A stretch of DNA of 64,000 nucleotides from the IMG/VR virus record IMGVR_UViG_2585428004_000001, positions 55,987 through 119,986 of that record. The stretch is one strand, 5' to 3'. Both the position numbers and the translations under genes were made by a program. Positions within the stretch are counted from its first letter, which is position 1, and every line of letters begins with the position of its first letter. The notes under the pieces are model-generated. The model saw only the letters and a list, made by a program, of their open reading frames with translations. It made no database searches and was not told where the DNA came from. Source of the stretch: a virus. Its lineage: Duplodnaviria; Caudoviricetes. Positions 17,478-28,659 of this stretch are shown piece after piece.

Positions 17478-20400
17478 TTACTTTTCCTTGCTCTTTTGAA
17501 GAGCAATTTTTGGAAGAGACAAGATAGCTTCTTCAAGTCCATTGGCATTCTTGACGTTAGGGAACTCAAGTTTGCCAAGGTGAATGCTAACTGATTTACT
17601 TTGACTACTATTATTGGCTTGACCAAAACTCGGAATCTTGGCAATCAGTATTTCAGCGAAGGCTTTAGCCATGCTATCACCAATTCCCTCAAACGCTTTT
17701 GCTAGTTCTTTATTCAAATCTTCAACCTTGCCACCTACTGGAGTCTCTGGAGAAATGATGTTCTCTAGGATGTCACCATTCTCTTTGATGTACTTGCTAT
17801 AAGCATCAACCAGTTCGTTTAGGTACTCCTCTTTGATTTTAGGGAAGTCACCTAACATAGAATCATAAGCACCTGTTAAATCATCAATAGCTTCTTTGAA
17901 GTCTTCGATGTTTTCGAACTGCCCTTTCTCAGCATCTTCAAGGATTTTGTCAAGCTTGTTAATGTATTCCTCACGAGCCTTTTGCTCTGCCTCTTGAAGT
18001 TTAAGTTCAGCATCAGCAATCTCTTGCTCTGTTTCCTTAATTTTATCAGCATCTGCTGTGTACTCCCAATCCCAAGTACCATCAGCTTGCTTCTTAAGGG
18101 CTTGGATATTCTTTTCTTTGTTCAAGTTCTCTAACTTCTGTTGAAGTTCGATAATATCCAATTGCTTATTAAGGTAGTCCATTTCAAATCGACTTAGCTT
18201 TTCTTGTTTATCAAGGAGTGCCATCTTCTCATCGAACTCTTGAGTTTTCAAATCAGATATCTTCTGGTACATCTCTTCAAGGGCAATCTCTCTTTCGAGT
18301 CCAGTTATCCAGAGGTCATGATAGTCCTTGAACTGTTTGATAGTTTTACCTTCGAACATTCCTCTTTCAAGCTTGCCCATAGTTGTATCGAATGAATTAG
18401 ACATGATATTCTTATTCATTTCGATAAGCTGTAAATTACTATCTTCTAACAGTTTGTTATACTCTTCAACCTCTTTATTGATAAGATTCCACTCGAAGCC
18501 ACCTTCCTCATACATAACAAGTTGTTTCTTTAAGTTGGCAAGCGTATTTTGAAGTTCTGAGTTTCTAGATTTTTCAACATTCAACATGCTGTCCATAAGA
18601 GCGCCTTTAGCTTCGAATTTATCTCCACCTAAAGATTTAAGCACCTTCATAGAGTAATCTAGACTCTTGCTATACTTATCGTACTCTTTAATTGCCTTAT
18701 CAAGTAAGCTGAATTCGAACTCAAATCTCTCTTTGACAGTTTCTTTAATCTTGTTTTGAGAATCGATATTCTCCTTCTCCATATTGGTGATTTGTTGCTT
18801 TATCTTATCCTCTTGTTCATCAGTTAACGTTGAATCCTTTAACTGATTCTTGAGTTCAAGCATTGCATCATTGTTCGCTTTAATGGATGCTTTGTAAAAT
18901 TTCTCTTGCAATTTAAGATTGTCAATAATGTACTGATTTGTTAGGCTTTCTCTTTTCTCTGGGAATAAATCCATAAAAGCGTCATACTTTTCTGCTAGTA
19001 ACTCTTGCTCTAGACGTAAGTAATCAAAAGCCTCAGTAAGTCTTCCTGCAAACTTATCTAAGTCAGTACTACTATTAGATATATTATTGAATTCTCCTAG
19101 GATTTGTTCAAAGTTAGTAGATAATCCTGCAGTGTAGTTTTGTGACATCTTTAGCATCTGGTTATACTTATTAGCTTCAATAGTAAGCTGTAAATTAGCA
19201 ACCCCTGCTTGTCTATCAACGTTCTTCTTAGCAAATGCATCCATAGCTTGCTGAACTTCTTCTTCAAGTCTGATTCTATCTTTGGCAGACTGTTCAAATT
19301 GATTGTCTCGACCAAAGTCTAATCCAACACCATTTGATGATACGAGGTCTGAAAGGTCAGTCCCACTCATTAAACCTTCTTTTAGATTCTTGATATTGTT
19401 ATCAAGTCTACTTAGGTTTGTATCTACAACTCGTCCAAATTCATCCATATCATGTGTTACACGACTAAATTCGATATCATTAATCGCTTTTTGATATTTA
19501 ATGATGGAATCAGCTTGAGATAAAATCTCTTTACCTAGCTTGTCTAGTGTAGACTTCAATGATGTACCATTCTTATCATAAGCAACGTTAGCTTTAGAAA
19601 GTTGGTTAAACTCATTGATTAGGGAAGACATGCTACTCTTAGCATTATTCATAGCTTGTTCGTTTGCATTAAGAGCCAGTTCTGTGTCGTTACCAGAGAT
19701 GAATCCAAGTGTCTTAGAGTAAATGTTGTCTGTGTTATTAACACTAGTTAATAGAGCATCTATTCTCTTAAGGACTCCCTCGAAAGACTTCATTTCTTCT
19801 GCGATTTTAGCCTGTTCAATCTTATCAGTAATATCAGATACTTGATTGCCAATGTCCTGCATCTTATCATCGATTCCCTGTAACTCATTCTTAAGAGATT
19901 TCCAAGTGTTTAATAACTCTTCTGCCTCTTTAGCTTGGTCTCCAGAAAGACTCTTGGCATGACCAAGATTGCCAATTGTATTGGTATTAGTATTGGTACT
20001 AAAACCATATCCTCTCAGCTTGTTTAAAACCTCATCTATATGGCTTTCCTTCTGACCTTTAAGAGTTCGAAGTTCACCCTGTTCTTGCTTTAGGAGTTGA
20101 ATTTGTTGACTATATAGGCTAATCATTTTCTCATAGTCATCTTTAACTGACTTAAGAGTTCTATCAAGGTCTTTGATTGAGTTATCTAATACAGCAACAT
20201 TATCATCTGTATTCCAGTATCTCCATACATTCTCATTTACCTTTGCAGGAGGAGTATTATTGGTAGACTCAGACTTATTTATAACTCCATTAGTGTTGGC
20301 AGGGCTTGCACTTGTATTCATGGATTTAAAGGATTTACTGATAGAAGCATTACCCTTAGATACACTCTTAGCAGTTCCATCCTTGCCCGCTACATCAACG

Positions 20401-23400
20401 TTAACAGTTTTACTCCAACTTCTACTAAAGAAGTTAATGACCTTATCTAACCATTTGATACCAGTAACTTCTACATCAACATTCGTTTTCTTACTAGCAG
20501 GAATGTCTTTAACTTTAGTTCCTAATTCTTTAGCGGCATCACTAGCTTTTTTAATGGCTTTCTCATTGGCTTCCATTGCGCCTTTACCTTCACCAGTTTT
20601 ACGAATCTGACCTTCCATAGCATTTACAGCTTTTTGTCCAGAATCTACAGAAGCTTGAGCCTTTTCATTTTCCTTCTTAACTAACTCATTTAACCCATTA
20701 CGAATCTTGCCACTGTCGTTGACGTGCTGAACACTGTAGTTACCATATTTCTTTTGAGCCTCTGGAACATTCTTAAGAATCTCTTGGAACTGGTCATTTG
20801 TAAGCTTAGTATTTCCTGTTAAGGTAGTTTGTGCTGAACTTGTCCTGCCAAGAGCATCCTTCAATCTGTTATGTTCAACATACATTGCTGTTAACGTAGA
20901 GACTTGGTCTTGTTGCTTAACTTTAACGTTAGCCATGTTGTCTCCTAGTTTTAACAACTCTGCACCTTGCTTCTGGATTGCAGTTTGAGATTGCTTATAT
21001 GCCTTCTCTTGGTTTTTAAGAGTAGCCTCTACATCTTTACCTCTACCTTCAACATATGAAAGTTGGCTTGCCCAATATTGATATTGTTGCATGTTCTCTG
21101 GCTTAATGTTGCCATTCGCATCTTTCAGCTTTTCAATTTCTTGTTTCGCTCTATCAGCCGATGCTGATAATTGGTCTTGCTCAAATCTTAAACCTGCAAT
21201 TTGCTCTTGAGCCTTTTGAGCCTTTGAAACATCTCCAACAATTTTTTCAGTGATATTAACAGCTTCTTTTGCTTTAAGTTTCTCCATCGCTTCATCAATA
21301 GCTTTAAGTTGTCCTTGGATATGACCAGTATCATTCATACTAATCTTAAGGTCTGCTCCAAGTTTGAATTTCTCTACTTGAGCATTAACCTCGTCTGCGA
21401 ATGCCTTAAATTCTTCTGGAGACATGTATCCTTGAATACCTTCTGTGTTTGCATCAGTATCTGTTGCTTCAAACTTCTTATGAAGTCCACTCATAGTGCT
21501 TTGACCTTTTTCCATGTCGCCATTCATAAGAAGGTTTTTGTCATTGAATTTTTTATTCAATTCATCCTGCTTATCGATTGCCTCTTGTTGAGTTTCAACC
21601 AGTCCATCAAAGAATGAACCCATCTTCTCGAACACAGGAACTCCCATGATGTCTAATAAGATTAAGGCATCTCCAAGTAAAGGAACTAATGAGATAGCTT
21701 TCCCTAAAGTTTTTGCAAAACCTTTCAACTTGCCATCTGCTCTATCCGCAGCTTCTGAGCCTCGGTCTAAGTTCGATGCTAAATCCCCTGCAGTATCAGC
21801 GATATCTGCTCCTCTGTTTCTTCGGCTACTTCTTGTTTCGCCTCCAACATCATTAGGGTTTCTATTGCGGTCACGGTCGATATCAACGTCAACACTGCCA
21901 CGATTGCCACCAAGGTTACTTGCTGAGTTTGCAGTCTGCTGTCTACGTTGAGACTCGGTTAAATCATCTGTATCTCTTCTCAGTCCTCTAAGAGCGTTAC
22001 CTACATCTTTTGCATTTTGTATTGCTCTTCCAAAGCTAGTCATTACAGCATCTCCAAATCGGAGCGCACCATTTGTTAAAGCGTGGAATGCTACACCTAA
22101 TGCAACGAGTTTAACAGCACTCATTACTTCATCATTTTGTAACATACTGCTGATGCCTTGTAAAGCACTAGAAAGACCACCAAGGATTTTAGACATCATA
22201 CCATCAGATTCGCCAATGGTATTCATCAATTCCATCCAAGCGTTCTTCACTTCTGCTACTTGGAATCGAACAGATTCTTTCTGTTTCCCAAATTCTTCGT
22301 AAGCTGAACCTTCTGTACCCTTACCCATCTCTGCATTAGCCTCTGAGATAGATTTCTTAACTGTACCCCATTGGTCAAGGATACCAGTGACAATATTGGA
22401 ATGCTCTTTACCTGCTAGGTAGAATAGAGATGTTGCTTGGTCTTCTTGACTTAATTCTCCCCATTTGCCTTTTAGCTTATCTAAAGCATCTGTCAGACTT
22501 GACGTGTCTTTCAAGTTAATCCCAATGTTATCGAAGAAGGCAAACTTTTTCTTCTGGTCTTTCGTCATCTGAGACTGAATTAAATTGTAGTTTAATGATA
22601 CAGTCTTTAATGCTGTACCAATTCTTTCCCCACCTTGACGTGTAGCTTCTTGCGCACCAGTGATTAAACCTGTTAACTCTTCGAATGAAACCCCTGCAGT
22701 TTTTACTGTAGTAGCAGAACGCATGTAGGCTTTACCTAGTTCTTCCATCTCAACAGCGTTATTGTTGGCAGTTTCGTTCATTACGTTGATGATGTCGTTA
22801 GCTTTAAGACCATCTGTTTCAAATGCCTTTAAAGGAACAGACATCCATTTAACCATTAAGTCTGGGTCAATGTTACCTACGAAAGAACCGATAAGAGATG
22901 TTTTAGCTAATTCTTGAGATTCAGCGAATGTTTCCCCTGCTGTTACCCAAGTTTCCACTGCTTTCATATAGTTATCAGCAGTTACACCTAGTTCAGAAGC
23001 AGTATCATAAGATTCTTTTTTGAATGACTTAAGTGAATCTGCAGATGCATCAGCAACTTTTGCTACACGCATATAAGCTTCATCAATTAACACCATTTGC
23101 TCAAGGATTTCTCGACCTGCTTGCTCCCCTGCCATAAATGCTGAATAAGGGTCAACTAAGCCACCTGCTTGAGCGCCACCAAATGCTTGGTCTTTTTCAC
23201 GAGCCTCTTGACGTAAACGATTCAGTCGCTGTTGTTCTTGTTGCGCTCTTTCAATCTGAGCAATTTCTTGTCTTCTCTCTTGAGTAAGTGCGCCTGCCGT
23301 TTCAAGTTCTTGTCGTAATGCATTAAGCTTTCTTTCTTCATCTCGAATTGCATCTTGAATTACACCTGCTTCACGTTGCCCTGCATAAATTAGGTCACGT

Positions 23401-24908
23401 TGAAGTTGAGCAATACTACGTTGGAGCGCTTCTTGTCTTTGTAGCTTTTCATTAATCTGGTCATGCTCAGCTTGGATTCGAGATGCCTCTTGAACACGTT
23501 CTCTTTCAGCTTGATTAACCTGCTCTTGAGTTCGTAACTGGTCTCTCATTGCATCTGTTACTCGACCTTCGAACGTATAAACTAATTCAGTCTCACGTTG
23601 CATCTGCCTCATAGCAGTTAATTGATTTTCTAAGATTTCAAGCTTTGCTCTGTCAGCATTAGATACATTGCCACCGTTATCCATTCTCTCTTTAATCTGC
23701 AAGATTTGCATTTCTAGAGCATGGACTTTTCTAAGGTTGTCCTGCATATCACGTAGAGCCTCTGCTTCTACCCTTTGTGCCTCAGTGGCTTGCTGTTTTG
23801 CTTCAATTCTCTGTCTCTCAAGTTGTCCAATTCGTCTAATGTTTTCTAACTCTTCTTGCTGAGTAGAATTCATTCTTTCACTTAAATTGTACTTCTCTTG
23901 AATTGAATTTTGAATTCTTTCATGATGAGTTAGCTGAGATTGCAATGCTTCTTTCTCAGCTTCTGTAGCACTAAGCATCTTAGTTTGAAGCTGTTGCTTT
24001 TTATTCTCCAATTGAGCAACCCTTGATATAGCCTGTTCAATCTCTTTCTGCTCTTCTTTTACCTTTTGAGCATTTAAAGCCTGTTCTTTCATAGCTCTAT
24101 TCACTTCTTGAACACGTTGTAATTCTTGGATACTATTATCTTCAAGAGCATTCATTTTATGCTTTTCATTATACATCTGTGAAAGCACGTCTCTTTGCTG
24201 TCTTTGAATCTGTAACTCTTGATTCATTATTTGAGATTGCTTTTCATCTGCTCCCATCAGTTGTATTTCAAGCTGATGAATTCGCTTCATTACATTTTCA
24301 ATCTCTTTTAAATCAGCCAGTCTGTTATTGGTAACACTTGTGTCAATGCCACCATCTGGTCGTTCAGTTCTAACAACTGTATCTCCATTGTCATTAGTGC
24401 TAGTTGTTTTCTTTGTAACAGCATAGCTACCATCTTTTAATTGTTTGGAGATTTCTTGAATCTTACTGTACTTTGCAATTGTAGTGTTAAGTTCAGCATT
24501 CGTATCCTTGACAGCATTCTTATTGCCATCCATGGCTTGCTCAGCCTTTTTAGCACCGTCAATAAGGTCTTTCATTGTCTTGTTCATTTCATCAAGATTG
24601 AACCCAACCTTAACTTCACGAACCTTTTTCAAGTCTGCATCAAGCTGACTGATTTTATCCTGTAGCTTTTCAATTCCTAGTAAAGCCTGCTTATATTCTA
24701 CATCAAGCTTGACCTTGAACGCCTCTTCCCCCAAGGCGCTCTTAATCTTAGCTTTTGCAGAGCGTAGACTATTGCCATCAATATCGATATTGATTTTAGC
24801 ATCAAAACTATTCTTTACACCTTTCCATCGTTCAGCTAACTGCTGTTGCAGTTCTCTTACTGTAGGAAATTCAACTTGTACCTCAATACCAATCTTATTT
24901 CTAGACAC
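17478..24908 (-). CDS. Tail tape measure protein (2476 aa)
   Basis: Very long helical/coiled-coil protein with a TP901-type tape-measure core (NETANNNAV..LGKAYMRS..GERIGTALKT). Confidence 0.92.
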   Translation of the reverse strand: MSRNKIGIEVQVEFPTVRELQQQLAERWKGVKNSFDAKINIDIDGNSLRSAKAKIKSALGEEAFKVKLDVEYKQALLGIEKLQDKISQLDADLKKVREVKVGFNLDEMNKTMKDLIDGAKKAEQAMDGNKNAVKDTNAELNTTIAKYSKIQEISKQLKDGSYAVTKKTTSTNDNGDTVVRTERPDGGIDTSVTNNRLADLKEIENVMKRIHQLEIQLMGADEKQSQIMNQELQIQRQQRDVLSQMYNEKHKMNALEDNSIQELQRVQEVNRAMKEQALNAQKVKEEQKEIEQAISRVAQLENKKQQLQTKMLSATEAEKEALQSQLTHHERIQNSIQEKYNLSERMNSTQQEELENIRRIGQLERQRIEAKQQATEAQRVEAEALRDMQDNLRKVHALEMQILQIKERMDNGGNVSNADRAKLEILENQLTAMRQMQRETELVYTFEGRVTDAMRDQLRTQEQVNQAERERVQEASRIQAEHDQINEKLQRQEALQRSIAQLQRDLIYAGQREAGVIQDAIRDEERKLNALRQELETAGALTQERRQEIAQIERAQQEQQRLNRLRQEAREKDQAFGGAQAGGLVDPYSAFMAGEQAGREILEQMVLIDEAYMRVAKVADASADSLKSFKKESYDTASELGVTADNYMKAVETWVTAGETFAESQELAKTSLIGSFVGNIDPDLMVKWMSVPLKAFETDGLKANDIINVMNETANNNAVEMEELGKAYMRSATTVKTAGVSFEELTGLITGAQEATRQGGERIGTALKTVSLNYNLIQSQMTKDQKKKFAFFDNIGINLKDTSSLTDALDKLKGKWGELSQEDQATSLFYLAGKEHSNIVTGILDQWGTVKKSISEANAEMGKGTEGSAYEEFGKQKESVRFQVAEVKNAWMELMNTIGESDGMMSKILGGLSSALQGISSMLQNDEVMSAVKLVALGVAFHALTNGALRFGDAVMTSFGRAIQNAKDVGNALRGLRRDTDDLTESQRRQQTANSASNLGGNRGSVDVDIDRDRNRNPNDVGGETRSSRRNRGADIADTAGDLASNLDRGSEAADRADGKLKGFAKTLGKAISLVPLLGDALILLDIMGVPVFEKMGSFFDGLVETQQEAIDKQDELNKKFNDKNLLMNGDMEKGQSTMSGLHKKFEATDTDANTEGIQGYMSPEEFKAFADEVNAQVEKFKLGADLKISMNDTGHIQGQLKAIDEAMEKLKAKEAVNITEKIVGDVSKAQKAQEQIAGLRFEQDQLSASADRAKQEIEKLKDANGNIKPENMQQYQYWASQLSYVEGRGKDVEATLKNQEKAYKQSQTAIQKQGAELLKLGDNMANVKVKQQDQVSTLTAMYVEHNRLKDALGRTSSAQTTLTGNTKLTNDQFQEILKNVPEAQKKYGNYSVQHVNDSGKIRNGLNELVKKENEKAQASVDSGQKAVNAMEGQIRKTGEGKGAMEANEKAIKKASDAAKELGTKVKDIPASKKTNVDVEVTGIKWLDKVINFFSRSWSKTVNVDVAGKDGTAKSVSKGNASISKSFKSMNTSASPANTNGVINKSESTNNTPPAKVNENVWRYWNTDDNVAVLDNSIKDLDRTLKSVKDDYEKMISLYSQQIQLLKQEQGELRTLKGQKESHIDEVLNKLRGYGFSTNTNTNTIGNLGHAKSLSGDQAKEAEELLNTWKSLKNELQGIDDKMQDIGNQVSDITDKIEQAKIAEEMKSFEGVLKRIDALLTSVNNTDNIYSKTLGFISGNDTELALNANEQAMNNAKSSMSSLINEFNQLSKANVAYDKNGTSLKSTLDKLGKEILSQADSIIKYQKAINDIEFSRVTHDMDEFGRVVDTNLSRLDNNIKNLKEGLMSGTDLSDLVSSNGVGLDFGRDNQFEQSAKDRIRLEEEVQQAMDAFAKKNVDRQAGVANLQLTIEANKYNQMLKMSQNYTAGLSTNFEQILGEFNNISNSSTDLDKFAGRLTEAFDYLRLEQELLAEKYDAFMDLFPEKRESLTNQYIIDNLKLQEKFYKASIKANNDAMLELKNQLKDSTLTDEQEDKIKQQITNMEKENIDSQNKIKETVKERFEFEFSLLDKAIKEYDKYSKSLDYSMKVLKSLGGDKFEAKGALMDSMLNVEKSRNSELQNTLANLKKQLVMYEEGGFEWNLINKEVEEYNKLLEDSNLQLIEMNKNIMSNSFDTTMGKLERGMFEGKTIKQFKDYHDLWITGLEREIALEEMYQKISDLKTQEFDEKMALLDKQEKLSRFEMDYLNKQLDIIELQQKLENLNKEKNIQALKKQADGTWDWEYTADADKIKETEQEIADAELKLQEAEQKAREEYINKLDKILEDAEKGQFENIEDFKEAIDDLTGAYDSMLGDFPKIKEEYLNELVDAYSKYIKENGDILENIISPETPVGGKVEDLNKELAKAFEGIGDSMAKAFAEILIAKIPSFGQANNSSQSKSVSIHLGKLEFPNVKNANGLEEAILSLPKIALQKSKEK

Positions 24909-24941
24909 TTAATCTAACACCTCTCTTTGCAATGGTTTTGT

Positions 24942-25985
24942 TTAACCTTCTTTGTTTTGATTCTTTTTCTCTCTAAGCTTCTTCATCTTCTCACGAATTT
25001 CAGCTTTAGATTTAGGCTTAACATAGTGTTTCTGAGTAGTAGAAACATCACTGTGATTCAAGAACTCTTGAGCCATTGTTAAATCACCAGTTTCTTCAAC
25101 AATAAGATTACCTTTTGTTTTTCGTAAACAGTGAGGATGTAAATCTGTTAATCCCAGAATTGTACCCATCTTTCTTACTCGCATATAGATTGAAGTCTGA
25201 GACATCTTTCTATACTCTCCATTGTATTTAATGACGAAGAAAGCATCACACTCAAGGTTATCCATGCTCTTGCGCATCTCTAACCACTGCTCAATCAGTT
25301 TCTTTGTGCCTTCCTCAAAGGTAACCTCTACTCGTTTACCACGTTTCTCACGGATGTCTACAAACATCATTTCCTCTAAGTCTAGGGAAGATATAGTTAA
25401 CTTAGAAATTGCTCCATTTCTATTTGCTGATTCAATAGCGATATTCCAAATCAATAGGTCTTGGAAGTCAAACTTTCTACCCTTTGGTTTCTGAATATCT
25501 TCTACAAGAACCTTGGAGATAACATCAACTTGCTCTTGGGTTAAGAAATAGTGGTTAATAAGGCGCTCGTCATTAGCACCCTTCATTCTATCTAGTTTCT
25601 TGTCAAAAGGATGAATGTCAATAATTCCCCTCTTAACTGCCCATACATAGTATGTAGAAACAGCAGAAAGCTTTGTGTTAATAACCTTCTTGTTATTTCC
25701 AAGCGTATCTTGACAGAATCCAATGAACCCTTCCATGATATCTACGCCATTCTCCATTAACTCATCGTCATGAATGAAGATGTTCTCCCATTCTTCTTCT
25801 AAGTAAACAAGAAATTGATTAAAGTAGTTTTGATACACTTTGTACGTTGTATCTTTTACATCTTTATTTTTAATGATGTTCGACTTCAGATACTTGTCGT
25901 AAGCCTTTATATTCTTAGGGTTAATTCTAGCTTTCTTTTCTTTTGTAAAATATCGCTTATAAACCCTCTTTAGTTGTTCTGCCAC
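24942..25985 (-). CDS. Tyrosine recombinase/integrase family protein
   Basis: Catalytic R (ANR), K, HxxR (HPHCLR), H (LNH), Y (KHY). Confidence 0.9.
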   Translation of the reverse strand: MAEQLKRVYKRYFTKEKKARINPKNIKAYDKYLKSNIIKNKDVKDTTYKVYQNYFNQFLVYLEEEWENIFIHDDELMENGVDIMEGFIGFCQDTLGNNKKVINTKLSAVSTYYVWAVKRGIIDIHPFDKKLDRMKGANDERLINHYFLTQEQVDVISKVLVEDIQKPKGRKFDFQDLLIWNIAIESANRNGAISKLTISSLDLEEMMFVDIREKRGKRVEVTFEEGTKKLIEQWLEMRKSMDNLECDAFFVIKYNGEYRKMSQTSIYMRVRKMGTILGLTDLHPHCLRKTKGNLIVEETGDLTMAQEFLNHSDVSTTQKHYVKPKSKAEIREKMKKLREKKNQNKEG

Positions 25986-26029
25986 TTATATTCACCTCTT
26001 ATTTTAAGATGTCACAGTAGCCTCCTTAA

Positions 26030-26524
26030 TTAAATAACCTTTACTTCCCAACCTTGTCTGCGCAACTCTTGTGCGAGCGCTTGATACAAGCTTTTATCCA
26101 ATTCAGTAGTAGATTGTTCCATATAGTGAGCGCCATTTCTATCCCATAAAGAACCGCTTGTGCCTTCCTCAACCCACATTGGGATATAGTCTGACACGTC
26201 TTCTTCATAATCAACATCAGCATGTTGATTCCAGTTGTCCTCTTCTGTTTCATAAGCGCCAATCTTTTCTGTATCCATATAGATTTCAAACGTTGCATAC
26301 TTTGTCCCCAATTTAAAGTTGCCAATGGTTACACTGTTCATCAGTTCGTTGGTTCTCTCATATGCATAATCACCTTTTGGCATATATGCTTGATAGACCT
26401 TTTTATCAACCATCTCTTTAACAACCTTTGTACACAAATCTGCTATTGTTCCTTGGATGGACTGATAAATATCTCTCTTTAGCTGAACTTGCAGAGCAGA
26501 GACATCTTTAAATATCTTACTCAT
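26030..26524 (-). CDS. Tail completion/neck-type virion protein
   Basis: YERTNELMNS motif typical of HK97-gp10-like proteins; context. Confidence 0.55.
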   Translation of the reverse strand: MSKIFKDVSALQVQLKRDIYQSIQGTIADLCTKVVKEMVDKKVYQAYMPKGDYAYERTNELMNSVTIGNFKLGTKYATFEIYMDTEKIGAYETEEDNWNQHADVDYEEDVSDYIPMWVEEGTSGSLWDRNGAHYMEQSTTELDKSLYQALAQELRRQGWEVKVI

Positions 26525-27140
26525 ATTCAGTCTTTGTTACTACAGTTGGAATCTCAGTTGCTGTCACCGTAATCTCAGACTGTACTCCACTAATCTTTGA
26601 CTCTACATCTGCAACTGCAACTGCAACTCGTTTATCCAGTTCTTCTGTTGAAGCTTCTACTTTTCTAGCAATATCAGCTAATTCTGGATTTCGTTTTGCC
26701 TGTTCTACAATCATAGTAGGAATTGAATTGATGATTTCAGTTTGAGCAAGCATGCTGTCTGCTTTAGCAATCTCATCTTTAATATGTTCTACATATAGCT
26801 TATTTACTTCTGATACGATTTGAGATACAAACTTCTGTGCAAGTAAGAAGTGAAGAGATGGGTTTTCAATAACATCTTCTAATTCTTCATCTGACATACC
26901 TTCAAGACTAATGTTTGTTAACATAGGGAATAGATGTTTTAAAACTACCTTTCCACTAAGTCGTAATGTTTGACTGTCTACAAGGTTAGGATTCTCTCCT
27001 CGTTGTAAGTCAAGGATTAAATCTGCATCCTGCATAGTAGGTTCATATATTTCAATCATTCCCTGTGGGGATTTGAAGACCTCACGAATCTTTCGCTTCT
27101 CTCCTTGTGGTACATGTAATTCTGATAATTTAATAGCCAA
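26517..27140 (-). CDS. Hypothetical protein, possible tail assembly chaperone
   Basis: Frame of the 26517..27206 ORF; the likely start is TTG at 27140 after AAAGGAG. Confidence 0.6.
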   Translation of the reverse strand: MAIKLSELHVPQGEKRKIREVFKSPQGMIEIYEPTMQDADLILDLQRGENPNLVDSQTLRLSGKVVLKHLFPMLTNISLEGMSDEELEDVIENPSLHFLLAQKFVSQIVSEVNKLYVEHIKDEIAKADSMLAQTEIINSIPTMIVEQAKRNPELADIARKVEASTEELDKRVAVAVADVESKISGVQSEITVTATEIPTVVTKTEYE

Positions 27141-27302
27141 GATATCCAATCTCCTTTTTAATGGTTTTGTTTTAAACCGACTTTTAATTGCAATGGTTTT
27201 GTTCAATCATTGGTAATACTAGATTAACATAAAGAGAGACTAGTGTCAATACTAGCCTCTCTTTTTTTAATGGTTTTTTTAATAAAATCCATATTTTAAT
27301 AA

Positions 27303-27845
27303 TTATTTTGATTCTTCGTCTTTTACGAATTTACCATCTTTAAACTTAGCACGAATACCGACAGTGTCGTTAATCTGCTCCATGCGGTCAACTAAGAACT
27401 TTGGGACTGGTACTCCTAAGTTTGCTAGGTTCTCAAGAATTGAACTTCCTTCAACATAAATGTAAAACCAAACAGATGCAGTTCGTAAAATAGGGTTCTC
27501 TTTGAAAAATACCATATCCAGTAGGTTACATAATAAGATTACGATTAAGTAACCTAGTTTTGTTCCAAACCCTTTTCTTAATCTGTGACTAGAAAACTTC
27601 TTGTCAATAAAGAATCCTTTTAGAACACCTGTGACAATATCGATTAGGATACACCAGATTAACACCTGCAATGCAGTATCCCATCCTCCTAACCAATATG
27701 TTATTCCTGTCATTCCTGCTGTGAAGTACATTGCGAACTCATTTGTGTATTTCGCTACCCCTTCAATATGACGAGCCAAAGCTTCTGTTTTCAATACTTT
27801 TGACACCCTTTCATTATGAATTTGACATAATAATTGCGATGTCAA
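27303..27845 (-). CDS. Holin (phage holin family 4-like)
   Basis: LGGWD..DIVTG..EGSSILENLANLGVPVP signature with TM helices. Confidence 0.88.
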   Translation of the reverse strand: MTSQLLCQIHNERVSKVLKTEALARHIEGVAKYTNEFAMYFTAGMTGITYWLGGWDTALQVLIWCILIDIVTGVLKGFFIDKKFSSHRLRKGFGTKLGYLIVILLCNLLDMVFFKENPILRTASVWFYIYVEGSSILENLANLGVPVPKFLVDRMEQINDTVGIRAKFKDGKFVKDEESK

Positions 27846-27869
27846 TTTACCCCAGTCCCCTCTGGGAGA

Positions 27870-28037
27870 TTACTCTGACCTCTGTTGTTGACTCTGCATT
27901 AACTGTTGTTTCTCTATTTCAGATTGCATTAACAACGACTTAAGCATAATGTTTTCTGACGTTAGCTTATGGACGGTTTCTTCGTATTGCTTTATTACTA
28001 TATCTGCACTGACATTAATATTTTGTTGATTTTCCAA
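27870..28037 (-). CDS. Small coiled-coil protein (55 aa, MENQQNINVSAD...)
   Basis: Read manually; TTG start with GAAAGGAGG RBS; promoter TTGCAA-17-TATAAT upstream. Confidence 0.65.
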   Translation of the reverse strand: MENQQNINVSADIVIKQYEETVHKLTSENIMLKSLLMQSEIEKQQLMQSQQQRSE

Positions 28038-28113
28038 TAAGAAAGCGCCTCCTTTCAGTCTATTTTCCTTATTACATTATAAATCACAAACAATTAAATT
28101 GCAATGGTTTTGT

Positions 28114-28647
28114 TTAAGATTGTTCAGTTTCTTCTTTAGGAGTCTCTAATGGCTTATCCCAATCTACTGCAACAATCTCCGTATGAGTCTTTGCATCTGC
28201 AATTTTTCTTTTTAATAAACTGTACTTAAATAGTTGAGTTCTTTTATGCTTGAAAGCCTCTCTGTACACTTGATTGAGCCATTCGTCTCTTGTATGCTCG
28301 GTATAATCTACATCTTCAGTTTTCCATTGTACTGTTTGTGATTCTTTATCAAAGAACAGCAGTTCAAGAGCCTGCCCATAAAAATTGACTTGGTCATCTA
28401 GTTTCATTCTATAAATATGACCATTGGTAGATTTAAATCCTGTAACAATAACCTCGTCACATTTCTCAGATAGCATATCGCTCTTCAGTTTCTTATGGTG
28501 ACCTAGAATATACTCCTCTGTGATTTGGGAGAGAACTGCCCCCTCCCTTTTCGCCAATGTCGTAATAAGTTCATTCTTTTGTTCCATGGTCATTCTGTCG
28601 AAGCCAATGTCTACTAATAGTTTTTCAATTTGAGAATCGAAAATCAC
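28114..28647 (-). CDS. Tail fibre assembly protein (DUF4376-like)
   Basis: Follows the fibre gene; DDQVNF..WKTED..IVAVDW pattern. Confidence 0.6.
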   Translation of the reverse strand: MIFDSQIEKLLVDIGFDRMTMEQKNELITTLAKREGAVLSQITEEYILGHHKKLKSDMLSEKCDEVIVTGFKSTNGHIYRMKLDDQVNFYGQALELLFFDKESQTVQWKTEDVDYTEHTRDEWLNQVYREAFKHKRTQLFKYSLLKRKIADAKTHTEIVAVDWDKPLETPKEETEQS

Positions 28648-28659
28648 TTAATCATCTCC

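Noticed and set aside
26030-27140. Programmed frameshift tail-chaperone pair
   Set aside because: The downstream ORF has its own start overlapping the upstream stop, and no convincing slippery site was identified.
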